Origin: a virus
Lineage: Duplodnaviria; Heunggongvirae; Uroviricota; Caudoviricetes
DNA length: 42,015 nt
IMG/VR virus record: IMGVR_UViG_2537562195_000009
Strand: one strand, 5' to 3'
A model generated the notes under the pieces. That model did no database searches, was not told the origin of the DNA, and worked only from the letters and a program-made list of their open reading frames with translations. Made by a program: the position numbers and the translations under genes. Shown piece by piece: positions 27,239 through 38,171 of this stretch. How positions within the stretch are numbered: position 1 is the stretch's first letter; each line of letters begins with the position of its first letter.

Positions 27239-28718
27239 CACCATTCCGTCGAATACGCTGGTTCCGCTGTTTTATGCGGAAATGGATAACCAGGCGGCGA
27301 ATACTGCACAGGACAGCGGAGCATCGCTGCTGATTGGTCATGCCAATAACGGTGCAGAGATTGTTGCCAACAGTCTGGTACTGATGCCGTCGGCAGACTA
27401 TGCACGCCAGATTTGTGGTGCGGGAAGTCAGCTGGCGCGTATGGTCGAGGCTTATCGCCAGACCGACCCGTTTGGCGAGCTGTATGTGATTGCCGTTCCT
27501 GAATCCACAGGCGCGGCGGCAACGGTTACGCTGACGGTGACCGGGGCGGCAACCGAAACCGGCACGGTGAATGTCTATGTGGGACGTACCCGCGTGCAGG
27601 CTCCGGTGACCAACGGCGATAACGTCACGACGATTGCCAGCAGTATCCAGGATGCCATCAATGCCGTTCCGGCCCTGCCGTTTACGGCTTCATCTTCGGC
27701 AGGCGTGGTCACACTGACCGCGCGTCATAAGGGGCTTTGCGGGAATGAAATTCCTGTCAGCCTCAATTACTACGGCTTTGGTGGGGGCGAAGTGCTGCCA
27801 GCGGGCGTACAGATTGCCGTGGCGACGGGGACCGCCGGAACGGGCTCTCCTGTTCTCACCGGCGCGGTGGCTGCAATGGCGGATGAGCCGTTTGATTATA
27901 TCGGCCTGCCGTTCAACGACACGGCCTCCGTTAACACGCTGGTGACCGAGATGAACGATACCAGCGGTCGCTGGAGCTATGCGCGTCAGCTGTATGGTCA
28001 TGTGTATACGGCAAAGATCGGCACGCTGTCAGAACTGGTGACCGCAGGTGACCAGTTTAACCAGCAGCACATTACCCTGGCGGGGTACGAAAAAGAGACC
28101 CAGACGCCTGCCGACGAACTGGCGGCAAGCCGTACCGCCCGCGCAGCGGTGTTTATTCGCAACGATCCGGCACGTCCCACGCAGACCGGTGAGCTGGTGG
28201 GTATGCTGCCTGCGCCGAAGGGGAAACGGTTCACGATGACCGAACAACAGACCCTGCTGTCTCATGGCGTGGCAACGGCGTATGTCGAAAGCGGGGTACT
28301 GCGCATTCAGCGTGATGTCACCACGTACAGGAAAAACGCTTACGGGGTTGCGGATAACAGCTACCTAGACAGTGAGACTCTGCATACCAGCGCGTATGTA
28401 CTGCGCAAACTGAAATCTGTCATTACCAGTAAGTACGGGCGTCACAAGCTTGCCAGTGACGGTACCCGCTTTGGTCCCGGTCAGGCGATTGTCACCCCGG
28501 CGGTGATCAAAGGGGAACTGCTGGCAACCTACCGTCAGCTTGAGCGTGCGGGGATCGTGGAAAACTACGAACTGTTTAAGCAGTACCTGGTTGTGGAGCG
28601 TGATGCCAGCGATCCGAACCGCCTGAACACGCTGTTCCCGCCTGACTATGTTAACCAGTTGCGTGTCTTTGCCGTGGTTAACCAGTTCCGTCTTCAGTAT
28701 TCAGAGGAGTCCGCATAA
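27222..28718 (+). CDS. contractile tail sheath protein
   Basis: 498 aa, followed by tube, chaperone with frameshift and tape measure genes. Confidence 0.85.
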   Translation: MTISFNTIPSNTLVPLFYAEMDNQAANTAQDSGASLLIGHANNGAEIVANSLVLMPSADYARQICGAGSQLARMVEAYRQTDPFGELYVIAVPESTGAAATVTLTVTGAATETGTVNVYVGRTRVQAPVTNGDNVTTIASSIQDAINAVPALPFTASSSAGVVTLTARHKGLCGNEIPVSLNYYGFGGGEVLPAGVQIAVATGTAGTGSPVLTGAVAAMADEPFDYIGLPFNDTASVNTLVTEMNDTSGRWSYARQLYGHVYTAKIGTLSELVTAGDQFNQQHITLAGYEKETQTPADELAASRTARAAVFIRNDPARPTQTGELVGMLPAPKGKRFTMTEQQTLLSHGVATAYVESGVLRIQRDVTTYRKNAYGVADNSYLDSETLHTSAYVLRKLKSVITSKYGRHKLASDGTRFGPGQAIVTPAVIKGELLATYRQLERAGIVENYELFKQYLVVERDASDPNRLNTLFPPDYVNQLRVFAVVNQFRLQYSEESA

Positions 28719-29074
28719 TGGCCCGTATCGGGGGAACCTGTTATTTCAAAATTGACGGTCAGCAGCTATCGCTGACCGGCGGCATTGAGGTGCCCATGAA
28801 CAGGACGGTCAATGATGACATCATCGGCCTGGACGGTTCAGTGGACCGCAAGGAAACTCACCGTGCGCCTTATGTCAAAGGGACCTTCAAGGTGCCGAAG
28901 AATTTTCCGGTGAGCAAAATCACCTCGTCTGATGAGATGACCATCACTGCCGAGCTGGCGAACGGTCAGGTCTATGTACTGTCGTCTGCCTGGCTGCACG
29001 GCGAAGCGAACCATAATGCCGAAGAAGGCACGGTCGATCTTGAGTTCCACGGTGAAGAAGGGGATTACCAGTAA
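28718..29074 (+). CDS. tail tube protein
   Basis: 118 aa, ATGA overlap with sheath. Confidence 0.75.
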   Translation: MARIGGTCYFKIDGQQLSLTGGIEVPMNRTVNDDIIGLDGSVDRKETHRAPYVKGTFKVPKNFPVSKITSSDEMTITAELANGQVYVLSSAWLHGEANHNAEEGTVDLEFHGEEGDYQ

Positions 29075-29343
29075 TGAAAGAGCTTGAGTTAAAGAAACCG
29101 ATTACCGCTCATGGCGAGACACTCTCCGTACTGGAGTTTGATGAGCCCACCGGGAAAGATGTCCGCGAGCTGGGGTATCCCTACCAGATGAATCAGGATG
29201 AGTCCGTCAGACTTCTGGCGCATGTGGTGTCGAAATACATTGTGCGGCTGGCGAAAGTGCCGCAAAGCTCTGTCGACCAGATGTCTCCGGCAGACCTGAA
29301 TGCAGCGGCGTGGCTTGTGGCTGGTTTTTTCCTCCAGGCCTGA
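29074..29343 (+). CDS. tail assembly chaperone (G-like)
   Basis: 89 aa; canonical slippery heptamer T_TTT_TTC near its 3' end. Confidence 0.75.
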   Translation: MKELELKKPITAHGETLSVLEFDEPTGKDVRELGYPYQMNQDESVRLLAHVVSKYIVRLAKVPQSSVDQMSPADLNAAAWLVAGFFLQA

Positions 29344-29498
29344 CGGCTGAATACCTCACTGATCGCTTCTTTGACTGCGCCAGCTACTGGCGCATTAATC
29401 CTTTCGAATTGCTGAATATGCCGATCAGTGAAATTCCCTTGCTGGTCAGTCAGGCAAACAGGATAGAGCAGGAGAAACGCACACATGGCGGAATTTGA
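29074..29498 (+). CDS. tail chaperone frameshift fusion (GT-like) via -1 ribosomal frameshift at 29325..29331
   Basis: -1 frame after T_TTT_TTC is open to 29498 (FFPPGLTAEYLTDRFFDCASYWRINPFELL…), ending inside the start of the tape measure gene. Confidence 0.65.
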
Positions 29499-31320
29499 GC
29501 TTAAGGCGTTGATCACCGGTGTCGACAGGCTTTCTCCCGCGCTGTCGAAAATGCAAAAGAAAATCCGGGGATTTAAACGCCAGGCGGAAGAAGCGTCACA
29601 GGGTGGGCTGGCGCTTGGTGGCGGACTGGCAGCGGGTCTGACGCTTTCCCTGAAATCTTATGCCGATCAGGAAAACGCCGCCACCGGGCTGAAGGTCGCC
29701 ATGATGGATGCGAACGGCGAGGTTGGAAAGAGCTTTCAGGACATCAATAAACTGGCTATTGGCCTGGGTAACCAGCTACCCGGTACAACGGCTGATTTCC
29801 AGAACATGATGCAGATGCTGGTGCGTCAGGGGATCCCGGCAGAAAACATTCTTGGCGGTGTGGGTAAAGCGACAGCTTATCTTGCGGTACAACTGAAAAA
29901 AACACCGGAAGCGGCTGCTGAGTTTGCTGCAAAGATGCAGGATGCTACCGGAACGGCGTCAGAAGACATGATGGGGCTGTTCGACACTATCCAGAAGGCG
30001 TTTTATCTGGGTGTTGACGATACCAACATGTTGTCCTTCTTCACTAAAACCAGCTCTGTTCTGAAGATGGTGAACAAGGACGGTCTTCAGGCTGCACAGA
30101 GCCTTGCCCCCATCAGCGTCATGATGGATCAGATGGGGATGAACGGGGAGTCGGCAGGTAACGCCCTGCGAAAAGTTATCCAGTCCGGATTAAGCGTTAA
30201 GAAAATCAGGGACGTCAATAAAATCATGGCCCGCCAGAAACTCGGGGTACAGCTCGATTTTACTGACGGCAAAGGAAGTTTTGGCGGTCTTGATAACATG
30301 TTCAGGCAACTGGCAAAGCTGCGAAAACTGACCGACGTTAAGCGAACAGGTGTACTTAAGGCAATATTTGGTGATGATGCCGAAACCCTTCAGGTGGTCA
30401 ATGCACTAATCGATAAAGGAAAGGATGGCTACGATCAGATCCAGCAGAAGATGAATAAACAGGCCAGCCTGAATAAACGTGTTCAGGCCCAGCTTGGTAC
30501 GCTGTCCAACCTGTGGGAGGCAATGACGGGGACCGCAACTAACGGCCTTGCGGCTATTGGCGGCGCATTTTCTGGTGACGCCAAAAATATCACGCAATGG
30601 CTGGGGGAGTTAGGGGAAAAATTCACGAAGTTTGCGGATGAAAATCCCCGGGTTATTCGCGGCGTCGTCGGGCTTGCTGCCGGTCTTGCGATTCTGAAAC
30701 TGGGATTGATGGGCGTTGGCGGTGCCATCAGTATTGTCAGCAGGATCATGTCGATGACGCCGATTGGAATGATTGCGACGGCGATAGCCCTGGCTGCGGG
30801 ATTAATTATCACTAACTGGGATGTTGTCGGACCTTATTTCAAGAAGCTCTGGGAAACCATTGGTCCTTATTTTGAGGCTGGCTGGGAACTTCTGAAGAAG
30901 GTTTTTGCCTGGTCGCCGCTGGGGATGGTAATCAATAACTGGGGACCGGTTGTTAAGTGGTTTCAGGATATGTGGGACAAACTGAAGCCAATTATTGCGT
31001 GGTTTACCGACAGTTCCGGTGACACGGTCGATGCCATTAACTCTGCGCAGTGGGGCGCGGGTGCTTATGATGCTTATGGGACGGGAATACCGGCACGGGG
31101 ATACACACCTTATCAGGCGGTAGATCCGGCTCAGTCAAACAACGCCTCCGGTGCCACAGGCCCGAATCCCTTCATGATTAACAAAGCTTCTGCGCCAAAA
31201 GTTGATGGTGAGATCAAGGTCTCTTTTGTGAATTCGCCTCCGGGTATGCGGGTTATGGAAACGCGATCCAGCGGTTTTGATGTCAGCCATGATGTTGGCT
31301 ATACGCGCTTTGGCAGGTAA
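29485..31320 (+). CDS. tail tape measure protein
   Basis: 611 aa; Gly/Ala-rich helical and hydrophobic segments; position after chaperone pair. Confidence 0.85.
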   Translation: MAEFELKALITGVDRLSPALSKMQKKIRGFKRQAEEASQGGLALGGGLAAGLTLSLKSYADQENAATGLKVAMMDANGEVGKSFQDINKLAIGLGNQLPGTTADFQNMMQMLVRQGIPAENILGGVGKATAYLAVQLKKTPEAAAEFAAKMQDATGTASEDMMGLFDTIQKAFYLGVDDTNMLSFFTKTSSVLKMVNKDGLQAAQSLAPISVMMDQMGMNGESAGNALRKVIQSGLSVKKIRDVNKIMARQKLGVQLDFTDGKGSFGGLDNMFRQLAKLRKLTDVKRTGVLKAIFGDDAETLQVVNALIDKGKDGYDQIQQKMNKQASLNKRVQAQLGTLSNLWEAMTGTATNGLAAIGGAFSGDAKNITQWLGELGEKFTKFADENPRVIRGVVGLAAGLAILKLGLMGVGGAISIVSRIMSMTPIGMIATAIALAAGLIITNWDVVGPYFKKLWETIGPYFEAGWELLKKVFAWSPLGMVINNWGPVVKWFQDMWDKLKPIIAWFTDSSGDTVDAINSAQWGAGAYDAYGTGIPARGYTPYQAVDPAQSNNASGATGPNPFMINKASAPKVDGEIKVSFVNSPPGMRVMETRSSGFDVSHDVGYTRFGR

Positions 31321-31380
31321 TGAAAAATTAATCTGTTAATGAGTCCCACTCCGGTGGGATTTTTTATGTACGGAGTTTAT

Positions 31381-32709
31381 ATGACGTGGAAAGACAGACT
31401 TCAGGACGCGTCATTTCGCGGTGTGCCGTTTAAGGTTGAAGAAGAAAGTGCGGGAACCGGTCGTCGTGTGGAAACGCACGAATACCCGAACCGCGACAAA
31501 CCCTATACCGAAGACCTGGGGAAAATCACTTTCCGCCCGTCCATCACAGCTTATGTGGTGGGAGATGACTGCTTTGACCAGCGCGATCGCCTGATTGACG
31601 CGCTGAATAAACCCGGTCCCGGCACGCTTGTCCATCCGACTTACGGTGAGCTGAAAGTCTGTGTTGACGGGGAAGTTCGGGTCAGCACATCGAAGAGTGA
31701 AGGGCGTATTGTCCGCTTTGACCTGAAGTTTGTCGAAGCGGGAGAACTCTCTTACCCCACTTCAGGTGCGGCGACGGCGCAGACGCTGATGTCATCCTGT
31801 TCTGCACTGGATGACTGCATCAGTGACAGCTTCAGTGGTTTCAGTATCGATGGCGTGGCAGATTTTGTGCAGAACGACGTCGTCGGTAATGCCAGCACAA
31901 TGCTTGGGTATGTTTCTGATGCGATGAAAGTGGTGGATTCTGCCGTATCGGATGCCGCCAGGCTGTTGCAGGGGGATATCTCGGTACTTCTGCCGCCACC
32001 ATCGTCAGGCAAAAATTTCGTTGAGCAGGTGCAGAAAATGTGGCGTACCGGGAAACGCCTTTATGGTAACGCCAGCGACCTGGTCACCATGATCAAAACG
32101 CTTTCCGGTGTCAGCCTCGGCAGCGATCTGCAACCGCGCGGCGTCTGGAAAACGGACAGTAAAACTACCGCCACGGCGACGCAGCAGCGTAACGTGGTTG
32201 CCAGCACCCTTCGTACGACCGCAATCAGCGAAGCGGCGTATGCCGTCACACGATTGCCTGCGCCCACAACTTCCGCGGTGATGCAGAATGCCACAGTAGG
32301 GCAGTCAACAACACCCGCGCAGAGCACCGGCTGGCCTTCTGTCACGCATCCGGCACTGAACAATGCACCGGCGGTGAAAAACACGGTTGACCTGCCAACG
32401 TGGGAAGAACTGACCGACATTCGCGACACACTGAATACGGCAATTGATAAGGAGTTGTCCCGTACAACCAGTGATGCGCTGTTTCTGGCGCTGCGCCGGG
32501 TGAAAGCAGATCTGAATGCGGATATCAACACGCGCCTTGAACAGTCTGCACGGATCATTCAGCGCACGCCGGATGAGGTTTTACCCGCGCTGGTGCTGGC
32601 GGCGACCTGGTTTGATAACGCGGCGCGTGACGCGGACATTATCCGGCGTAATGCCATTACGCATCCCGGCTTTGTGCCGGTGATCCCTCTGAAGGTGCCA
32701 GTGCAATGA
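31381..32709 (+). CDS. Mu gpN-like DNA circulation protein
   Basis: About 442 aa from ATG 31381 (ACGGAG RBS); first gene of baseplate block. Confidence 0.65.
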   Translation: MTWKDRLQDASFRGVPFKVEEESAGTGRRVETHEYPNRDKPYTEDLGKITFRPSITAYVVGDDCFDQRDRLIDALNKPGPGTLVHPTYGELKVCVDGEVRVSTSKSEGRIVRFDLKFVEAGELSYPTSGAATAQTLMSSCSALDDCISDSFSGFSIDGVADFVQNDVVGNASTMLGYVSDAMKVVDSAVSDAARLLQGDISVLLPPPSSGKNFVEQVQKMWRTGKRLYGNASDLVTMIKTLSGVSLGSDLQPRGVWKTDSKTTATATQQRNVVASTLRTTAISEAAYAVTRLPAPTTSAVMQNATVGQSTTPAQSTGWPSVTHPALNNAPAVKNTVDLPTWEELTDIRDTLNTAIDKELSRTTSDALFLALRRVKADLNADINTRLEQSARIIQRTPDEVLPALVLAATWFDNAARDADIIRRNAITHPGFVPVIPLKVPVQ

Positions 32710-33785
32710 ACGACAATGTCACGCTACGGGTAAATGGCCGGGAGTGGAATGGCTGGACATCGGTGCGCATCGGTGCCGGTATTGAACGGCTGGCGCGGGA
32801 TTTCAGTGTGGAGATCACTCGCCAGTGGCCGGGAGATGAGGGTATCACCACGCTTCAGCCGCGCATTAAAAACGGTTCAAAAGTGGAAGTGCTGATTGGT
32901 GATGAGCTGGTGATCACCGGCTGGGTGGAGGCGACTCCCGTTCGTTACGATGCCCGTTCGGTCAGCACCGGTATTGCCGGACGTAGTCTGACGGCTGACC
33001 TGATTGACTGTGCAGCCGAACCGACACAGTTTAACGGACGCTCGCTGGTGCAGATTGCGCAGGCGCTTGCTGCGCCTTTCGGCATTGAGGTGGTGAACAG
33101 CGGTGCGCCGTCGGGTGTTATTCCTGATGTTCAGCCTGATCACGGTGAAACGGTGATTGAGGTAATCAACAAAATACTCGGTCAGCAGCAGGCGCTGGCT
33201 TACGACGACCCGCACGGCAGGCTGGTGATTGGCGGTATTGGCTCAACGCGGGCACATACCGCGCTGGTACTTGGGGAAAACATCCTTTCCTGTGATACGG
33301 AGAAGAGTATCCGGGAGCGGTTTTCTGTTTACCAGGTGGCGGGGCAGCGTGCCGGAAACGACGATGATTTCGGTGAGGCCACCACCACCGCGCTGCGGGC
33401 CCGCACAGAGGACGCATTTATTGCCCGTTACCGTCCGATGTATATCAGGCAGACAGGGCAGGCCACGGGGGCAGGCTGTATTGCGCGTGCTGACTTTGAA
33501 GCCCGGCAACGGGCGGCGCGGACGGATGAAACCACCTATTTGGTGCAGGGCTGGCGACAGGGTAACGGTACGCTGTGGCAGCCCAACCAGCGGGTGATTG
33601 TCTTCGATCCGGTCTGTGGTTTCGACAATACCGAACTGCTTGTCTCGGAAGTCACGTTTACTCAGGACCAGAACGGCACCCTGACGGAAATCTGTGTCGG
33701 CCCGCCTGATGCTTATCTGCCTGAACCCGAAGCCCCCGGCGCGCGGAAAAAGAAAAAAGCCAGAGTACAGGAGGACCCGTTCTGA
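32706..33785 (+). CDS. Mu gpP-like baseplate hub protein
   Basis: 359 aa, ATGA overlap, gene order. Confidence 0.65.
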   Translation: MNDNVTLRVNGREWNGWTSVRIGAGIERLARDFSVEITRQWPGDEGITTLQPRIKNGSKVEVLIGDELVITGWVEATPVRYDARSVSTGIAGRSLTADLIDCAAEPTQFNGRSLVQIAQALAAPFGIEVVNSGAPSGVIPDVQPDHGETVIEVINKILGQQQALAYDDPHGRLVIGGIGSTRAHTALVLGENILSCDTEKSIRERFSVYQVAGQRAGNDDDFGEATTTALRARTEDAFIARYRPMYIRQTGQATGAGCIARADFEARQRAARTDETTYLVQGWRQGNGTLWQPNQRVIVFDPVCGFDNTELLVSEVTFTQDQNGTLTEICVGPPDAYLPEPEAPGARKKKKARVQEDPF

Positions 33786-34333
33786 TGAGGACGATTGAAG
33801 CCATGCAGCGACAACTTCTCGGCCTGATTGGACGGGCCGTGGTGAAAAGCATCAGTGCCGCCACGAAATGTCAGACCGTGGATGTGTCCCTGATTGCCGG
33901 TGAACCCAAAGCCGGGGTTGAACATCTTGAACCCTACGGTTTTACCGCAAGGGCAAACAGCGGTGCGGAAGCGGTGGTGTTGTTTCCGGATGGCGACCGT
34001 TCTCATGCGGTGGTTGTTACGGTGTCGGACCGGCGCTACCGCCTGAAAGGGCTGCAGACGGGTGAGGTGGCTGTCTATGACGATCAGGGGCAGTCCGTGA
34101 CGCTGACCCGGGAGGGGATCGTGGTGGACGGTGCAGGGAAAACGATCACGTTTCGCAATGCACCTGAAGCACGTTTTGAAATGGACCTGGAAGTGACAGG
34201 ACAGGTGAAAGACCTGTGCGACTCCAGCGGCACCACCATGTCAGCGATGCGGCTTGCCTATAACGGCCATCGTCACAGAGAGAACGGTCAGGGCAGTAAC
34301 ACCGACAAACCTGATAAAGCGATGGAGGCATGA
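33785..34333 (+). CDS. baseplate spike/assembly protein (Mu gp45-like)
   Basis: 182 aa, gene order and size. Confidence 0.6.
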   Translation: MRTIEAMQRQLLGLIGRAVVKSISAATKCQTVDVSLIAGEPKAGVEHLEPYGFTARANSGAEAVVLFPDGDRSHAVVVTVSDRRYRLKGLQTGEVAVYDDQGQSVTLTREGIVVDGAGKTITFRNAPEARFEMDLEVTGQVKDLCDSSGTTMSAMRLAYNGHRHRENGQGSNTDKPDKAMEA

Positions 34334-34758
34334 TGGAACTGTGGCTGACGGTGAACGGTAAACGCACCTGCGCCAGCGCACCGCTGGATCCGCTGACCCG
34401 CGCCGTGGTGATTTCCCTGTTTACCTGGCGGCGGGCGGAGCCTGATGACAACGCCGACGTCCCGATGGGATGGTGGGGGGATACCTGGCCTGCGGTACAG
34501 AATGACCGTTACGGCTCCCGACTGTGGCTGCTTCAGCGCAGCAAACTGACCAATCAGCTGGTGCAGACGGTAAGGGGGTATATCCGCGAATGCCTGCAAT
34601 GGATGATTGATGATGGCGTGGTGTCCCGTATTGATCTGGATATCCGCCGCACCGGGATTAATGAACTGGGTAACAGTATCACTCTCTGGCGTCGTGACGG
34701 ACCGGTAATGATTTCTTTTGATGATCTGTGGAGTGCGATAACGCATGGCGGACAGTGA
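34330..34758 (+). CDS. baseplate protein (Mu gp46 / gpW-like)
   Basis: 142 aa, gene order and size. Confidence 0.6.
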   Translation: MMELWLTVNGKRTCASAPLDPLTRAVVISLFTWRRAEPDDNADVPMGWWGDTWPAVQNDRYGSRLWLLQRSKLTNQLVQTVRGYIRECLQWMIDDGVVSRIDLDIRRTGINELGNSITLWRRDGPVMISFDDLWSAITHGGQ

Positions 34759-35803
34759 ATTTCAGCGCCCGACGCTGGCAGAAAATATCAGTATGCTCCG
34801 TAACGATTTATTCGCCAGGCTGGACGTCAGCGACACGCTCCGGCGCATGGATGAAGACGTGCGGGCAAAGGTGTATGCGGCGGCGCTGCATACGGTTTAC
34901 GGTTACATCGATTATCTGGCAATGAACATGCTGCCTGACCTGTGCGATGAGTCCTGGCTGGCGCGACATGCTGCGATGAAACGGTGTCCGCGCAAGGGGG
35001 CCACGGCTGCCAGCGGGTATATGCGCTGGGAAGGTGTCAGCGATGGCCTGAAGGTGACCGCCGGGAGTGTTATTCAGCGCGATGACCTGGTTCAGTACAC
35101 GGCAACTGCCGATGCAACCAGCTCCGGTGGTGTCCTGCGCGTGCCGATCGCCTGCTCAAGTTCAGGCGCGGTCGGTAACGCTGACGACGGTACGTCATTA
35201 ATCCTGGTCACGCCGGTGAATGGTCTGCCGTCTTCCGGTGTGGCTGACACCCTGACAGGCGGATTTGATACTGAAGATCTGGAAACGTGGCGCGCCCGCA
35301 TCATTGAGCGGTATTACTGGACGCCGCAGGGCGGGGCTGACGTGGACTATGTCGTCTGGGCTAAAGAAGTGCCCGGCATTACCCGCGCATGGACATACCG
35401 TCACTGGATGGGAACGGGAACTGTCGGTGTGATGATTGCCAGCAGTGACCTGATTAATCCCATTCCGGAAGAATCAACGGAAACGGCGGCAAGACAACAC
35501 ATTGAGCCACTGGCCCCGGTGGCAGGCTCTGATTTGTATGTATTCAGGCCGGTGGCGCATAAAGTGGATTTTCATATCCGCGTGACGCCGGACACACCGG
35601 AAATACGGGCTGCCATCACCGCAGAGTTGCGTTCGTTCCTGCTGCGTGATGGTTATCCTCAGGGAGAACTGAAGGTGTCGCGTATCAGTGAGGCGATTTC
35701 CGGTGCGAACGGGGAATACAGCCATCAGTTGCTTGCCCCGGCGGACAATATCTCCATTGCAAAAAATGAACTGGCGGTTCTGGGGACGATTTCATGGACG
35801 TGA
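34745..35803 (+). CDS. baseplate J-like protein (Mu gp47-like)
   Basis: 352 aa, gene order and size. Confidence 0.7.
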   Translation: MADSEFQRPTLAENISMLRNDLFARLDVSDTLRRMDEDVRAKVYAAALHTVYGYIDYLAMNMLPDLCDESWLARHAAMKRCPRKGATAASGYMRWEGVSDGLKVTAGSVIQRDDLVQYTATADATSSGGVLRVPIACSSSGAVGNADDGTSLILVTPVNGLPSSGVADTLTGGFDTEDLETWRARIIERYYWTPQGGADVDYVVWAKEVPGITRAWTYRHWMGTGTVGVMIASSDLINPIPEESTETAARQHIEPLAPVAGSDLYVFRPVAHKVDFHIRVTPDTPEIRAAITAELRSFLLRDGYPQGELKVSRISEAISGANGEYSHQLLAPADNISIAKNELAVLGTISWT

Positions 35804-36378
35804 CAAACGATGATTACATCCGCCTGTTATCGGCACTGTTGCCGCCCGGTCCTGCATGGTCAGCCAGCGATCCGGCGATTGCCGGTGCGGCACCTTCATT
35901 AACCCGCGTTCATCAGCGTGCGGATGCCCTGATGCGGGAGCTGGATCCGCGCACCACCACTGAACTGATAAACCGCTGGGAGCGTCTGTGCGGTCTGCCG
36001 GATGAATGTATTCCCGCAGGGACACAGACCCTTCGCCAGCGTCAGCAACGGCTGGATGCGAAGGTTAATCTGGCGGGCGGCATCAATGAGGATTTTTACC
36101 TTGCACAGCTTGCTGCCCTGGGCAGACCAGACGCTACTATCACGCGATACGATAAAAGCACGTTCACCTGCTCATCGGCCTGTACTGACGCAGTGAATGC
36201 GCCGGAATGGCGGTATTACTGGCAGGTCAACATGCCAGCCGCCACCAACACCACCTGGATGACATGTGGCGATCCCTGTGATTCCGCGCTGCGCTTCTGG
36301 GGGGACACCGTTGTCGAGTGCGTGCTTAACAAACTCTGCCCTTCGCATACCTACGTAATTTTTAAATATCCGGAGTAA
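35794..36378 (+). CDS. tail protein (Mu gp48 / YmfQ-like)
   Basis: 194 aa, precedes the tail fibre. Confidence 0.6.
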   Translation: MDVTNDDYIRLLSALLPPGPAWSASDPAIAGAAPSLTRVHQRADALMRELDPRTTTELINRWERLCGLPDECIPAGTQTLRQRQQRLDAKVNLAGGINEDFYLAQLAALGRPDATITRYDKSTFTCSSACTDAVNAPEWRYYWQVNMPAATNTTWMTCGDPCDSALRFWGDTVVECVLNKLCPSHTYVIFKYPE

Positions 36379-36381
36379 TCC

Positions 36382-37164
36382 ATGCATCGTATAGACACGA
36401 AAACCGCGCAGAAGGATAAGTTCGGCGCGGGTAAGAACGGTTTTACCCGTGGTAACCCCCAGACCGGCACACCTGCCACCGATCTGGATGATGACTACTT
36501 TGACATGTTGCAGGAAGAACTTTGTAGCGTGGTGGAGGCCTCCGGTGCCAGCCTGGAGAAAGGGCGGCATGACCAGCTACTTACCGCGCTTCGCGCGCTG
36601 CTGTTAAGCCGCAAGAATCCGTTTGGCGATATCAAATCGGATGGCACGGTGAAAACGGCTCTCGAAAACCTTGGTTTGGGAGAAGGCTCAGCATTACCCG
36701 TTGGTGTGCCTGTTCCGTGGCCTTCAGCCACTCCGCCAACAGGCTGGCTGAAATGCAACGGAGCAGCTTTTTCTGCTGAAGAATACCCGGAACTGGCAAA
36801 GGCTTATCCGACAAATAAATTACCTGATTTACGCGGTGAGTTTATTCGTGGCTGGGATGACGGACGTGGAGTGGATAACGGAAGGGGATTATTAACGCTT
36901 CAGGACGGTGCGATTGTCAGTCATAACCACTATTGGGGAATCTGGACTTCACGAACTAACGACCAGACTCTGGGAAGTTTTACAGGCACCACGATTTTAA
37001 AACAAATCACGCCCCTGTCTCCGGCCATTGACTTCGATAATTACCCAATTCCCAACCCGGCTATTACAGAGGGTGGTGTTGTTGCGGCAACGACTAAACC
37101 TGCAGGTGCGAATGAAACACGCCCACGAAATGTCGCTTTTAACTATATTGTGAGGGCTGCATAA
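36382..37164 (+). CDS. tail fibre protein; constant N-terminus plus variable C-terminus inside an invertible segment
   Basis: 260 aa; crossover site lies in codons ENLGLGEGS (36661..36690); C-terminal GEFIRG...[13 protein letters not shown] collar-like motif. Confidence 0.8.
   Translation: MHRIDTKTAQKDKFGAGKNGFTRGNPQTGTPATDLDDDYFDMLQEELCSVVEASGASLEKGRHDQLLTALRALLLSRKNPFGDIKSDGTVKTALENLGLGEGSALPVGVPVPWPSATPPTGWLKCNGAAFSAEEYPELAKAYPTNKLPDLRGEFIRGWDDGRGVDNGRGLLTLQDGAIVSHNHYWGIWTSRTNDQTLGSFTGTTILKQITPLSPAIDFDNYPIPNPAITEGGVVAATTKPAGANETRPRNVAFNYIVRAA
36662..36686. repeat. invertase crossover site, left (gix/pix-like)
   Basis: TCGAAAACCTTGGTTTGGGAGAAGG; inverted copy at 38516..38539 shares the TTGGTTTGGGAGAAG core in the same codon phase. 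Confidence 0.75.
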
Positions 37165-37766
37165 TGAATAACGCAGAATTAAACAGTGAATTAATTGCCA
37201 CTATGGCAGGAGAAATTACTGTTTATAACTTTGACGTCATGAGTCGGGAGTATATTTCAGCTTCAACTGAATATCTTGCTGTTGGTGTCGGCATTCCGGC
37301 ATATTCCTGTTTAGATGCTCCAGGCACCTACAAAGCTGGTTATGCAATCTGCCGCTCTGCAGATTTTAACTCATGGGAATATGTACCAGACCATCGCGGT
37401 GAAATCGTCTATAACACCGAAACGGGAGACGCCAAAGAAATCACAACTCCGGGTGATTACCCCGAAAAAACAACCACTATCGCCCCGTTAACGCCATACG
37501 ATAAATGGGATGGTGAGAAATGGGTGACGGATACTGAGACACAGCATAGCGCCGCAGTAGACGCGGCAGAAGCACAACGTCAGTCACTGATTGATACTGC
37601 AATGGCTTCCATTAGTCTGATTCAACTGAAATTGCAGGCCGGGCGGAAGCTGATGCAGGCAGAGACCACCCGACTTAACACTGTGCTGGATTACATTGAC
37701 GCGGTGACGGCAACAGATACCAGTACCGCGCCGGATGTCATCTGGCCTGAACTGCCGGAGGAGTAG
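37164..37766 (+). CDS. tail fibre assembly protein (Tfa)
   Basis: 200 aa; conserved Tfa C-terminus (…LDYIDAVTATDTSTAPDVIWPELP). Confidence 0.8.
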   Translation: MNNAELNSELIATMAGEITVYNFDVMSREYISASTEYLAVGVGIPAYSCLDAPGTYKAGYAICRSADFNSWEYVPDHRGEIVYNTETGDAKEITTPGDYPEKTTTIAPLTPYDKWDGEKWVTDTETQHSAAVDAAEAQRQSLIDTAMASISLIQLKLQAGRKLMQAETTRLNTVLDYIDAVTATDTSTAPDVIWPELPEE

Positions 37767-38169
37767 GCCATTCAATATCTGGCGCACTGGAAGTATCGAC
37801 CAGTTCCAGTGCGTCCAGATAATCCAGCCACAAATTATATTGCGCCAGTTCCTCACCTTTCAGACGACCAATCGCCGCTTTACCAGGCCATTGTTTACTG
37901 TTCATGTATTCGTTGGCCTGATTAACTAATCGCTGTTTATTTGATTCAGCGATTGAGATTAATTCTTCGCTGGTAAGTGGTGGCGCATCCTGCCATGCTG
38001 GAAAACCATTTTTATCTGAACCAAGTATTTTACCATCAGGCCATGCAACTCCTGCGAACTCAGAATAAATAGTAAAGTTTATTTTCGTAGCGTTCTCAGG
38101 AATGGTTTGGCTATCTGGTGAAATATAAAATCCCGAATCAGAGGGATTAAAATAATATGTCTTTTCCAT
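37738..38169 (-). CDS. alternative tail fibre assembly protein (Tfa'), inverted orientation
   Basis: 143 aa; same Tfa C-terminal motif (…LDYLDALELVDTSSAPDIEWPTPP). Confidence 0.8.
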   Translation of the reverse strand: MEKTYYFNPSDSGFYISPDSQTIPENATKINFTIYSEFAGVAWPDGKILGSDKNGFPAWQDAPPLTSEELISIAESNKQRLVNQANEYMNSKQWPGKAAIGRLKGEELAQYNLWLDYLDALELVDTSSAPDIEWPTPPAVQAR

Positions 38170-38171
38170 AG

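Noticed and set aside
21964-35725. Many antisense or out-of-frame track ORFs inside head and tail genes (for example 21964..22539, 23730..24167, 25201..25641, 26445..27035, 32061..32558, 35474..35725)
   Set aside because: Each lies within a well-supported structural gene on the other strand or frame, lacks an RBS and has a biased composition typical of shadow ORFs.
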